A stretch of DNA of 64,000 nt from Anthoceros angustus (lineage: Eukaryota; Plantae; Anthocerotophyta). The notes under the pieces are model-generated. The model had not been told where the DNA came from and did not search any database. It saw nothing but the letters and a program-made list of their open reading frames with translations. The stretch lies in the NCBI GenBank assembly GCA_010909165.1, contig VJWM01000106.1:992001-1056000 (forward strand). Reading direction: 5' to 3'. Shown piece by piece: positions 1-9,880 of this stretch (position 1 is the first letter of the stretch; each line of letters opens with the position of its first letter). Made by a program: the position numbers and the translations under genes.

Positions 1-1149
1 CATATTCCTTGCATATTATAGTGTATTCTTAGGATAAGCTCAAGTAATATGCTTTGGCATATTCCTTTATTAGTGTATTCTTAGGATATTTGCATCTTTG
101 ATGCCAATAGGATATCTTAGGAATATGCCGATGCAGGGCTAGTATATATAGACCCTTCCATTGAGGACAAGCTCGGATCATAGCTTGTCCTCTAGATATC
201 TAATGCAAGAGGCGTTGTGAGGAGGCCAAAGCTATGACTCAGAGGCGATGTGTGAGGAATTTGCGTGTTGTTCGTGGGAGAGTGTGTTTGTGCCACGATG
301 CTACTCCCTCCTGTTGTTTATTGGTTTGCACCTATATATCCGCGTATTAGATTTGTTTGCTTGGTTGCTGGTTGAGGAAGTGCTTATATGAATTCAAGTG
401 CTTACCTCGTGCGACAGATCCTTAGCTCTCGTGTTGAACTTCAGCTTTTCCTCCCATGTCCTCGCTGCGAGTACGCTACCTGTACTTTGTGAATTTTTTG
501 CTAAGAAAGAATACCTTTGTACCACCTCATAAATGTATCATACGTACATATGATACTTATCTGATGTATCCTGTATAGTAAGCATACTCAGCTGCCCAAC
601 TATCTACTGGCTCTTAGTCCACTGGAGTAGCGTGTCCTTGAATCTTCAACATGATGCATTGACCCGACTGGGACTCTATTATGCACTTCCTCCTAAGAAT
701 GCAATTGAATCTTACCTCAATGTGAAATGTGAGAGTTAGTTCTTATTTGTGCAAGTGCAATTGTTTTTGTAGGCAGAGTGTGTGAAATGCTTGCTTGTTG
801 CTCTACAAATTGTGCTTGAGAAAGGAACAACAAGCTCCTAAAAATGCCATGCACAAGAGTGCCTGAGAGTGTTCACTCTACCAGCCCCTTTTATAACTGG
901 ACGATTGACACATCCCTGAAGATCGGAAGGCTCGGTGCATCGCACGCTGTCACGGAATGAGCATTCTACATGCCAAAAAGGGAAACGTACTTCATGGGTT
1001 GGCCTGGCATGCCGGCCTAGGAATTTAGACTAAATTCATGAGTTTTGTCATGAGTTTACGAGCTAGGACCATAGACGGTGGGTGTTTTTGATCCTTTTTT
1101 AGACGATTTCATTTTACAAAAACAATACTATGAAAAAAGAAAGATAGAT

Positions 1150-1685
1150 AAAAATATCCTTAAATTAAAGATATTCAATTTTCGAGCACACAAGGCTTAC
1201 GTTAAATATTACTTAACTCGGAATCTCCAAATACACCGACAACAACTAGTGGCCAAGTTTCGTTGCAGGGACCACAAGCTCGAAGTGGTAACAAAGAGGA
1301 AGCATAAGGAATGTGCACAACATATCTGCCAGCAATGCTTTGTGGATGAAGTGGAAGATGAAGAACATTTTGTTTCACTTGTCCTGTAACATTTCAAGAT
1401 CAATGAGCCCAGTTACCCATGGACCTTGTACAACGCCATTCCCTGAAACAGCTAATGCAAAAAGCACCCATGCACTTTGCACTCTACCTACAATGTATCG
1501 AGACAATAAGGGCAAAGCCAACTGAGACAATGTAAAATATTATATTAAATTATTAAAATTATGTAAATAAAATAATTATGCATCCAATCGCCGTCGTCAC
1601 GGGGTGTGTGACAATCACTGCGACATGTAAATGAATGAATGAATGAATGAATAAATGAATGAATAAATAAATAAATAAATAAATA
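1150..1685 (+). mobile_element. 5'-truncated non-LTR retrotransposon (LINE) 3' remnant with microsatellite tail
   Basis: ORF 1078-1389 ends in 'FRCRDHKLEVVT...ICQQC..DEVEDEEHFV', resembling the CCHC-type C-terminus of LINE ORF2 (RTEX/L2-like). It is followed by a 3' UTR-like stretch ending in (AATG)n(AATA)n at 1629-1685. Confidence 0.6.
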
Positions 1686-1834
1686 GAGCTCTAGAGTCCA
1701 TTGAGGGATAAGTTATATGAGTGATGTTTATTTTAGCATCTTTATCCGATAAAAGTTTGAAATATTCTATGTGAAGAGACTATATTTTTATGATAATTGT
1801 TTATAATACTATCACATTTCATTTGACATTGATA

Positions 1835-2299
1835 TCAAAACATTGTTCTTCTACAAAGTGGACAAGATTGTTGTCTTTGAAGCCATTGCAAAATACAGCT
1901 CTCATGAAAGGTATGTCTGCAACATCGCAATCTACATATACGATCACCTTGTTCTTGAGTTTCTATACATATACTACATATTTGATGTGGAATTTGGAAA
2001 TCAAGAATTTGAGTGATAAGGTTGCCACAAGAATATTGAAAAAGATCATGATGTTGCTCTGGAGGTGGCCTGCGTAGAATTTGATTCAAAAAATTCTCCA
2101 TTTGACTTTGTAGATTGCTTATGTCGTTTTGCAGTTCATTTCGCCGATTCGCCCTTTCAATTTGCCAATTCTCCCGTTCATTTTGCCAATTCTCCATTTC
2201 ATTTCGCAGATTCCCTATTGCATTTTGTAGATTCTCTATTTCAGTTGTAATCCTTGCAAACATTTCTTGTGAATTCTCAAAGTTGCTTCCATTCCACAT
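1835..2299 (-). CDS. Coiled-coil + RING-H2 (C3H2C3) zinc finger protein, putative E3 ubiquitin ligase, intronless
   Basis: 154-aa ORF with CSIC...CRH.FHESC...W....SCPLCR RING-H2 ligand spacing and an N-terminal heptad-rich Q/E/N helix. TATATAA on the minus strand lies about 170 bp upstream (~2469-2475). Confidence 0.85.
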   Translation of the reverse strand: MWNGSNFENSQEMFARITTEIENLQNAIGNLRNEMENWQNERENWQIERANRRNELQNDISNLQSQMENFLNQILRRPPPEQHHDLFQYSCGNLITQILDFQIPHQICSICIETQEQGDRICRLRCCRHTFHESCILQWLQRQQSCPLCRRTMF

Positions 2300-3514
2300 C
2301 TTTCAATCAAAGTCTTGAGAAGATTGAGCCTCACGATAATGTTGTCCCTCTGTTAGATCTCCCTTACAAAGCTCACTTCCAATTTCATATGATCGAAGTT
2401 GTCATAGTCTCTAGACTCAAGTCCCAAAACCATGTGAAGCAATTGACTCTCTAAGACTACCTCACTCCTTATATAGGGAAGAGAACTTGTTCTTGTTTAG
2501 GAATTTTTTTTAAACCTTAAGTTTTATTCTATTAAATCCTTACTTACTATTAATAATAAATTTATCAAATTTAATCTAATGGTTTCAATTATAACATTCC
2601 ACACAATGCTGAATATCCAACTATGCTAATTGATGAGAATGTTGTTCACGATGAAGGCAATGTTGTTAATTTGAGCACAATGAAAATGTGGAGACCAAGT
2701 ATATACCCATAGAGGAAATGTGGCAAGCAGAAGAAGTGGATTAGAATGTTATAGAGGAAGTGATAGTATTGGCGACACCACAAGTCGCAGAGGAGGATGC
2801 ATTGAAAGGTGTGGAGACAATCAAGTTGTATCGGATCCAGCAGCCTTGGGACAATACAAAGGCATTGGAGCTACTTTGCGCAATAGAAGAAGTTATCCTT
2901 GATACAACGGTCTTTAGAGCTGCTTCGATCAATAGAAGAAATCATCCTTGAGGCTTTGGAGCTATATCATTCATTAAAAAACATCATGCATACACTTCAT
3001 AGTTGCTCCCTAGAACTCATGGTGCTGGAGTCTATAGTGTTGGGCAGTGCTTCTTGTAGAGGAAAAAATATTGCTGGTTCTCATATCAAAGCAATGGACT
3101 AAAAGTATCTTTAGTGAATATTTTAATAATTAAGATAATTGATAATTTTATTTTATTTTAGGTGATGTGTTCTATTGCTACATCTTGACGATAAATTATT
3201 CGCTCACTACTGCAATGGGGGATCCATCGGATCCATCTCAGTTAGCAGCAGCACTCTAGATTCCTCGTTCAGCTGTGCTTGCTCTCAGCTAGCCGGGATT
3301 GCTGGTCCATGCAGTCCACATAGCACGTGGATCTCGGAAGCCCACAGACAGTTGAAGAAAAATCGCGGTTACGAGTAGGAAACAGTCCGTCGTACCTTCG
3401 TCTCCATGGAGACGGCCTCTGATGAGTCCACGCCCATGCTTCATGTCTGAATTGCCCACAAGAAGCACCGCTTAAATACGGGACTGTGCGTGGAATAATG
3501 CTGTTCCGGCTGGC

Positions 3515-6475
3515 ATGGCCTTGTCCCACATGCCGCTTTCGGATGCTCATGCTCCGGGTTCCGGAGTCGTGAAGGCTGAAACCGTAAGAGGACTATGTCA
3601 GCATCGGCAGCTCAATGAGGCTGTTGAGGCTCTAGGAGTTCTGGTGCACACAGACTGTCATGTCTCCACGTCTCTGCTGTATGCGGTGCTGAAGGGATGT
3701 GTGGGTAGGAAGGATCTGACTCTGGGTCGCAGAGTTCATGCTCTCAGTGTGAAGAAGGGGTATGAGTCGGACACGTTCTTGTGCAACCACATCCTACGGA
3801 TGTATGCTTCTCAGGGCAGGTTGCAGGAGGCTATGGATGTGTTCACCACGGTTGACAGACCAGATGCCTTCACGTGGTCTGCCATAATTTCTGCACACGC
3901 TAGACATGGGCAGGATAGGCAAGCCTTGGAACTGTATCATCGGATGCGCAGGTCATGTGTGACGCCCGATGGGCATGTTTTTGTAGCAGCCCTGCAGGCT
4001 TGTGCAAGGGGAGCAGACTTGGAGTCCGGGCAGCAGGTGCACGCTGATGTGTTGGCTAGTGGCCTTGAGCGTGACTTGTTTGTGCGAAATTGCTTGATTG
4101 ACATGTACGCAAAATGTGGCAGCTTGAAAGACGCGCAGAGAGTGTTCGTCGGACCTGGGGAAAGGGATGCAGTGACTTGGAATGCTATGATAACGGGGTA
4201 TTCCCAGCAGGGCATGGGGCAGAATGCCCTTCGTCTTTACACGGTTATGCGAGAAGAAGGAATCGTGGAACCCAATGCTGTGACTTTTGTGTGTCTCCTT
4301 CAGGCATGTGCATGTGTTGGTGCACCGGCTTTGGAGAAGGGGAAGGAGCTTCATGGACAAATTAAAGAACTAGGACTTCAGGCTGATGTGGTTATGGCTG
4401 GGAGCCTTGTGAACATGTATGCGAAGTGTGGCAGCCTCGTGGATGCCCGGGGAGTGTTTGATGGACTGGGTCAGAAGAATGTGGTGACTTGGAGTACCAT
4501 GATAGCAGGATATTCTCAGCAGGGACTGGGGCAGGAAGCTCTGCAACTTCACGGCAGTATGCAAGAAGAAGGCATTGCTGCTCCTGATTCTGGGACATTT
4601 GTCTGCCTTCTGCAGGCATGTGCAAGTGTGGGCACCCCGGCTTTGGAGATGGGAAAGAATCTTCACTCGCAAATTAGAAAACAAGGACATGAAGCTGATG
4701 TGTTTGTAGGCAGCAGTTTGGTGAGCATGTATGCAAAGTGTGGCAGCCTGGAAGACGCCCAGAGGGTGTTTGACGGACTTTGTCAGAAGGATGTCGTGAC
4801 GTGGAATGCCATGATTTCAGGGTATTCCCAGCAGGGCATGGGCCAGGAAGCCCTTCGTCTTTACAGTGCTATGCAAGAAGATAGCAATGCTGTACCAAAT
4901 TCCGTGACATTTGCCTGCCTCCTGCAGGCATGTGCATGTGTGGGCACCCCAGCGTTGGAGATGGGGAAGCAGCTGCATTCGCACGTTAAAGAACGAGGAC
5001 AACAAGCTGATCTTTTTGTAGCCAACAGTTTGGTAAACATGTATGCAAAGTGTGGCGGCATCAAGGATGCCCAGAGACTGTTTGACGGCCTTGGTCAGAA
5101 AGACATCGTGACATGGAATGCCATGATCGCAGGGTATTCCCAGCAGGGCATGGGCCAGGATGCGCTTCATCTCTACAGTGTTATGCAGGAGGCACCTGGC
5201 ATCGCTCTACCTAATTCCATGACATTTGCGTGTCTCCTTCAGGCATGTGCCAGTGTGGGCACACCAGCATTAGAGGAGGGGAGGCAGCTTCACTTCCAAA
5301 TCAGAGAACAAGGACATGATTCCGATGTGTTTGTAGCCAACGGTTTGGTCAACATGTACGCCAAGTGTGGCAGCTTGGAAGATGCCGAGAATGTGTTTGA
5401 GGGACTTGTTCAAAAGGACGTGGTGACATGGACTGCTTTAATTGCAGGATATTCCCAGCAAGGCATGGGCCAAGAAGCCCTTCGTTTGTACAGTGCTATG
5501 CAGGAAGATGGGAAGACGGTACCTGATTCCGTGACATTTGTGTGCCTCCTACAGGCATGTGCGAATGTTGCAGCTTTGCATTTGGGACGGCAGCTACACG
5601 CACAGATCGAAGAACAAAGGCTTCAAGCGGATTCCTTTGTAGCCCACAGTTTGATAAACATGTATGCTAAGTGTGGGAGCATGGTTGAAGCACAGGAGGT
5701 GTTTGATGCATTGCCCCAAAGAGATGCTGTAGCCTGGAATGCATTGATTGCAGGATACAGTGGCCTAGGAGAGAGTAAGGAGGTCTTTGAGTCCGTTCTC
5801 AGGATGAGGGACTGTGGAATACAGCCAGACAGCATCACGTTCCTTGGTATATTAATGGTATGCAGTCATACGGGTCAAGTGAACAAGGGGCAGGAGTACT
5901 TCGACGCCATGAGCAGACACTACGGCATCGCAGCCTCGGTGGAGCACTACACATGCATGGTTGATCTCTTGGGTCGCGCAGGTCGACTGAATGAGGCAAA
6001 ATCATTGGTAAATACAATGCCTGTACCTCCCAATGCTGTGGTTTGGCACACTCTGTTGGGTGCTTGCAGAAAGTGGAGCAATGTGGAGGTTGGACGCCAT
6101 GCCTTTGATGAGTCACTGAAGCTGGATGAAAAAGATGCTGCAGCGTATGTGTTGATGTCCAACATATACACCAGTGCCCAGATGGGGGAGCAGGCACAGG
6201 AGATGCAGGCGAGGAGAAAAAGCATCCGGGCATGGAAGCAGGCGGGTCAGAGCTGGTGGACGGACATGGACGGGATGGTGCATAATTTCCTAGTCGGGGT
6301 TAGGAAGAGCCCAGCTAGGCCCAAACTCTTACGTTCCAATTTGAATAACGCAGCATATCCCCAACATCTGCCCTCGATACCAACTGACATTGATGATATA
6401 AAGCAATATCATTTGCGTGGGCTTAGCCAGAAGCTGGCTACAACTCATGCTCTAAACGAAGCGGTCTCCCTATAA
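3515..6475 (+). CDS. PLS-class pentatricopeptide repeat protein (E1-E2, WW-type PG box, truncated/degenerate DYW), organellar RNA editing factor-like
   Basis: 986-aa ORF of P-L-S triplets (VTWNAMIAGYSQQG / VTFVCLLQACA / SLVNMYAKCG), with S2 'HYTCMVDLLGRAG', E1 'W.TLLGACR', E2 'AAAYVLMSNIY' and the box 'KQAGQSWWTD..G.VH.F.VG'. It ends 'HLRGLSQKLA', a degenerate HSEKLA. Confidence 0.95.
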   Translation: MALSHMPLSDAHAPGSGVVKAETVRGLCQHRQLNEAVEALGVLVHTDCHVSTSLLYAVLKGCVGRKDLTLGRRVHALSVKKGYESDTFLCNHILRMYASQGRLQEAMDVFTTVDRPDAFTWSAIISAHARHGQDRQALELYHRMRRSCVTPDGHVFVAALQACARGADLESGQQVHADVLASGLERDLFVRNCLIDMYAKCGSLKDAQRVFVGPGERDAVTWNAMITGYSQQGMGQNALRLYTVMREEGIVEPNAVTFVCLLQACACVGAPALEKGKELHGQIKELGLQADVVMAGSLVNMYAKCGSLVDARGVFDGLGQKNVVTWSTMIAGYSQQGLGQEALQLHGSMQEEGIAAPDSGTFVCLLQACASVGTPALEMGKNLHSQIRKQGHEADVFVGSSLVSMYAKCGSLEDAQRVFDGLCQKDVVTWNAMISGYSQQGMGQEALRLYSAMQEDSNAVPNSVTFACLLQACACVGTPALEMGKQLHSHVKERGQQADLFVANSLVNMYAKCGGIKDAQRLFDGLGQKDIVTWNAMIAGYSQQGMGQDALHLYSVMQEAPGIALPNSMTFACLLQACASVGTPALEEGRQLHFQIREQGHDSDVFVANGLVNMYAKCGSLEDAENVFEGLVQKDVVTWTALIAGYSQQGMGQEALRLYSAMQEDGKTVPDSVTFVCLLQACANVAALHLGRQLHAQIEEQRLQADSFVAHSLINMYAKCGSMVEAQEVFDALPQRDAVAWNALIAGYSGLGESKEVFESVLRMRDCGIQPDSITFLGILMVCSHTGQVNKGQEYFDAMSRHYGIAASVEHYTCMVDLLGRAGRLNEAKSLVNTMPVPPNAVVWHTLLGACRKWSNVEVGRHAFDESLKLDEKDAAAYVLMSNIYTSAQMGEQAQEMQARRKSIRAWKQAGQSWWTDMDGMVHNFLVGVRKSPARPKLLRSNLNNAAYPQHLPSIPTDIDDIKQYHLRGLSQKLATTHALNEAVSL

Positions 6476-6990
6476 TGTCAGGATTGCGGGTTTGCAGATT
6501 TCTAGAGCGTCTTCGAGGATTAAATCTGGAGGAAGCAGATTAGGAAGGCTAATCGGCCCTTGAAATCAAGAACCCACATCGGTCCCCACATGAGATCGCT
6601 GTCGCCATATCGAGTTTGCATTTTGGCATTTGATGCTTTCTCAGCTTCACAACATACATTCTAGCAAGTCTTGCAGCTCTGTGATTGCAGCTCTGCGATT
6701 GCAGCTCTGTGATTTCAGCTCTGAGCCGTTCCCTTATGCAATCCTATGGCCAACATTTGAGAGGGAATATTACTTGATGGTGCACAAGACCTCCACAATC
6801 AAGATCTCCTGTATGACTATCAGGCGAGCTGATCTCTGCACAACAATTTTGTCTGGGGAGGAAGAACTTAACTAGTCGATGCTAGATACACCTCTGTTGA
6901 AAGCTCCTCTGCTCTTGTGCGTCATAGAAATGTATCAAATTTCAGATAGTGCTCTTGCATCCATAGGCTCAGCGCGTGTTCCTATGGGCC

Positions 6991-9306
6991 ATGTTCTTTT
7001 GGAGGTTAAGAGGTATTCTAGGAAGAGCTCCTGCTTACCTGAATTCCAGGAAGCAACCTTTGGCACGCAAGCAAGCCGCCAGGTGCGGCACCTTTGCAAG
7101 AACGCGAGCCCGTCCAAGCGGATCCCTGCCTGGAGACGGACCTTCCAGCAGGGTCAAGCCTGCAGAATACGAAAGGGTCGTCACAGCTGGAACTGTGAGC
7201 AAGCTATGTCATGAGGGCCATCTCAGTGATGCTGTTGAGGCTTTGGGAGTTCTTGTGCAGACAGATGGTTGTGTCTCCACGTCTATCTTTTACACAGTCT
7301 TGAAGGAATGTGTTGTTAACAAGGACCTCGTACTGGGTCGCCGAGTCCATGCTTTGGCGGTGCAGAATGGGTATCAGTGGGACACGTTCATGTGCAACCA
7401 CATCCTGCGAATGTATGCTTCTCATAGCAGATTGCAAGATGCTATGGATGTGTTCACCATGGTTGCCAAACCAGATGCCTACATGTGGTCTTCCATCATT
7501 TCTGCACATGTTAAACACGGAGAAGACAAGAAAGCTTTACAACTGTACCGTCGGATGCGCAGCTTGAGTGTGAAGCCAGATGGGCATGTATTTGTGGCAG
7601 CCCTCCAGGCTTGTGCTAGGGGAGCGGACTTGGAAAGTGGGCAGCAGGTGCATGCTGATGTGTTGGCTAGTGGGGTTGAGCCTGATTTGTTTGTATGTAA
7701 CTGCTTGGTGGACATGTATGCAAAGTGTGGCAGCTTGAACGACGCGCAAAGAGTGTTCGACGGGCTTCTTGTGAAAGATGTGGTGACCTGGAGTGCCATG
7801 ATATCAGCGTATTCTCAGCAGGGCATGGGCCAGGAAGCAATTCGTCTGTACAGTGCCATGCAGGAAGATGGCTTGGCTGTACCCAATTCAGTGACATTTG
7901 TGTGCCTCCTGCAGGCATGTGCAAGTGTGGGCACACCAGCGTTGGAGAAGGGGAAGCAGCTTCATGTACAAATTCGAGAACGAGGACACGAAGCTGATGT
8001 GTTTGTGGCCAACAGTTTGGTAAACATGTATGCAAAATGTGGCTGCCTACAGGATGCCCAGAGGTTGTTCGACGGACTTTGTCAAAAAGATGTGGTAACA
8101 TGGAATGCCATGATAGCCGGGTATTCTCGGCAGGGCATGGGGCAGAAAGCTCTTCAGATGCATAGTGTTATGCAACAAGTTGGCATCGCTGTACCCGATT
8201 CTGTGACATTCGTGTGCCTCCTGCAGGCGTGTGCAAGTGTGGGCACCGTGGCCTTGGAGAAGGGAAAGGAGCTTCATGTGCAAATTGGAGAACGAGGGCT
8301 TCAAGGGTGCGTGTTTGTGGCCAACAGTTTGGTCACCATGTATGCTAAGTGTGGTAGCTTGGAAGACGCCCAGCGAGTGTTTGACAGACTTGATCAAAAG
8401 GATGTGGTGACATGGACTGCTCTACTTGCAGGATACTCCCAGCAGGGCATGGGTCAGGAAGCCCTTCATCTGTACAGTGCCATGCAACAAGACGGCGTGA
8501 TTGTACCTGATTCTGTGACATTTGTGTGCCTCCTGCAGGCTTGTGCAAATGTGGCAGCTTTGAATCTGGGACGGCAGCTTCATGCACAGATTGAAGAACA
8601 AAAGCTCCTAGGGGATGGGTTTGTTGCCCACAGTTTGATAACCATGTATGGGAAGTCTGGGAGTATGGTTGATGCACAGCAGGTGTTCGAGGCATTGCCC
8701 AGAAAAGACATTGTGGCCTGGAATGCACTAATTACAGGATACAGCGGCCAAGGACAGAGCAAGGAAGTCTTTGACTTGGTTCTCAGAATGAGCGAGGATG
8801 GCACACAGCCAGATGGAATCACCTTCCTTGGTTTATTAACAGTATGTAGTCATACGGGTCTAGTGGACAAGGGGCGACAGTACTTTGAGGCTATGAGCAG
8901 AGACCATGGCATTCCCCCCACAGTGGAGCACTACACATGCTTGGTGGATCTCCTGGGCCGTGCAGGCCAACTGGATGACGCACTGGCTTTGGTAACGACC
9001 ATGTCTGTGCTGCCTAATGCTGCGCTTTGGCTCACTCTCTTGGGTGCTTGTCAAAAGTGGAGCAACGTGAAGGTGGGACAGCATGCTTTCAATGAAGCAG
9101 TGAAGCTAGACAACAGAGATGCCGCAGCCTATGTGTTGCTGTCAAACATTTACAGCGGTGCCCGGATGTGGGAGCAGGCACATGAGATGCAGGTGAGGAG
9201 AAAAAGCATCAAGGCATGGAAGCAGCCGGGTCAAAGCTGGTGGACAGATATGGAAGGGATTGTGCATAGCTTTTCGGTTGGAAGGCAAATACATGTATCT
9301 TCCTAA
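6991..9306 (+). CDS. PLS-class PPR protein (E1-E2, WW-type PG box, truncated before DYW core) with Arg/Ala-rich N-terminal organellar targeting-like peptide
   Basis: First in-frame ATG at 6991 within ORF 6976-9306. PLS triplets. The C-terminus is 'KQPGQSWWTDMEGIVHSFSVG' followed by a stop after 8 aa. Confidence 0.95.
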   Translation: MFFWRLRGILGRAPAYLNSRKQPLARKQAARCGTFARTRARPSGSLPGDGPSSRVKPAEYERVVTAGTVSKLCHEGHLSDAVEALGVLVQTDGCVSTSIFYTVLKECVVNKDLVLGRRVHALAVQNGYQWDTFMCNHILRMYASHSRLQDAMDVFTMVAKPDAYMWSSIISAHVKHGEDKKALQLYRRMRSLSVKPDGHVFVAALQACARGADLESGQQVHADVLASGVEPDLFVCNCLVDMYAKCGSLNDAQRVFDGLLVKDVVTWSAMISAYSQQGMGQEAIRLYSAMQEDGLAVPNSVTFVCLLQACASVGTPALEKGKQLHVQIRERGHEADVFVANSLVNMYAKCGCLQDAQRLFDGLCQKDVVTWNAMIAGYSRQGMGQKALQMHSVMQQVGIAVPDSVTFVCLLQACASVGTVALEKGKELHVQIGERGLQGCVFVANSLVTMYAKCGSLEDAQRVFDRLDQKDVVTWTALLAGYSQQGMGQEALHLYSAMQQDGVIVPDSVTFVCLLQACANVAALNLGRQLHAQIEEQKLLGDGFVAHSLITMYGKSGSMVDAQQVFEALPRKDIVAWNALITGYSGQGQSKEVFDLVLRMSEDGTQPDGITFLGLLTVCSHTGLVDKGRQYFEAMSRDHGIPPTVEHYTCLVDLLGRAGQLDDALALVTTMSVLPNAALWLTLLGACQKWSNVKVGQHAFNEAVKLDNRDAAAYVLLSNIYSGARMWEQAHEMQVRRKSIKAWKQPGQSWWTDMEGIVHSFSVGRQIHVSS

Positions 9307-9880
9307 GTGAGGATAGACGGATCTGTTCCACATTTTCCATCTGGGTACAGCGAGCAAATGTCTATTGGACATGCCCCAGACAACAAGCCTGAATCGACCC
9401 CGTAACGAACGTGAAAAAAATCTGCAGTTCCCGGTTGATGACTTCACATTCTCACAGCGTTAATGCCGACATGAACTTTGAATGCCATCTGCATGGACCG
9501 AAGTTGAATACATGTGAAGGAGGTTGGGAATCTTGTTGTAAGTATGTACCAGTGGTAGTGAAACCTTGTGACTAGCTGCCTACACGCCCGGCAGCTTGCA
9601 TGCATGATGATGCAAAACTTTTTGTGCTCAACCCATCACCTTGTGGTTGCTGATTTGTAATTTCACTGTCAGATGTGAAAGGGTCTGCATCCGAGCATTC
9701 TGGAAGCCGACGCCTGCTCGGTCAATCAAGTCTGCAGCTCAGGAGGGAAGCCACTGACGACCTGCGGAATGTCCGTGACGGCTCGCTCAAGCTTCTTCTC
9801 CGACATGACAATTCTTGGTTTCCCAGTCAGTTCTATCAGACGGGTCTGTAGACATTGTAGCCGGCGTGTTCCTGCGAGAC

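Noticed and set aside
1-900. LTR-like sequence (TATA, T-rich tract)
   Set aside because: No defined termini, PBS or TSD within the window, so it cannot be supported.
2760-3102. Short ORFs with repeated 'LELL..IEE.IL'
   Set aside because: This is a degenerate short duplication with no recognisable domain.
6879-7214. Overlapping upstream ORFs (6879-7214 and 9769-10056) similar to each other
   Set aside because: By eye, identity in this frame is about the same as in the PPR N-terminal frame. Shared DNA ancestry explains it without selection on a uORF.
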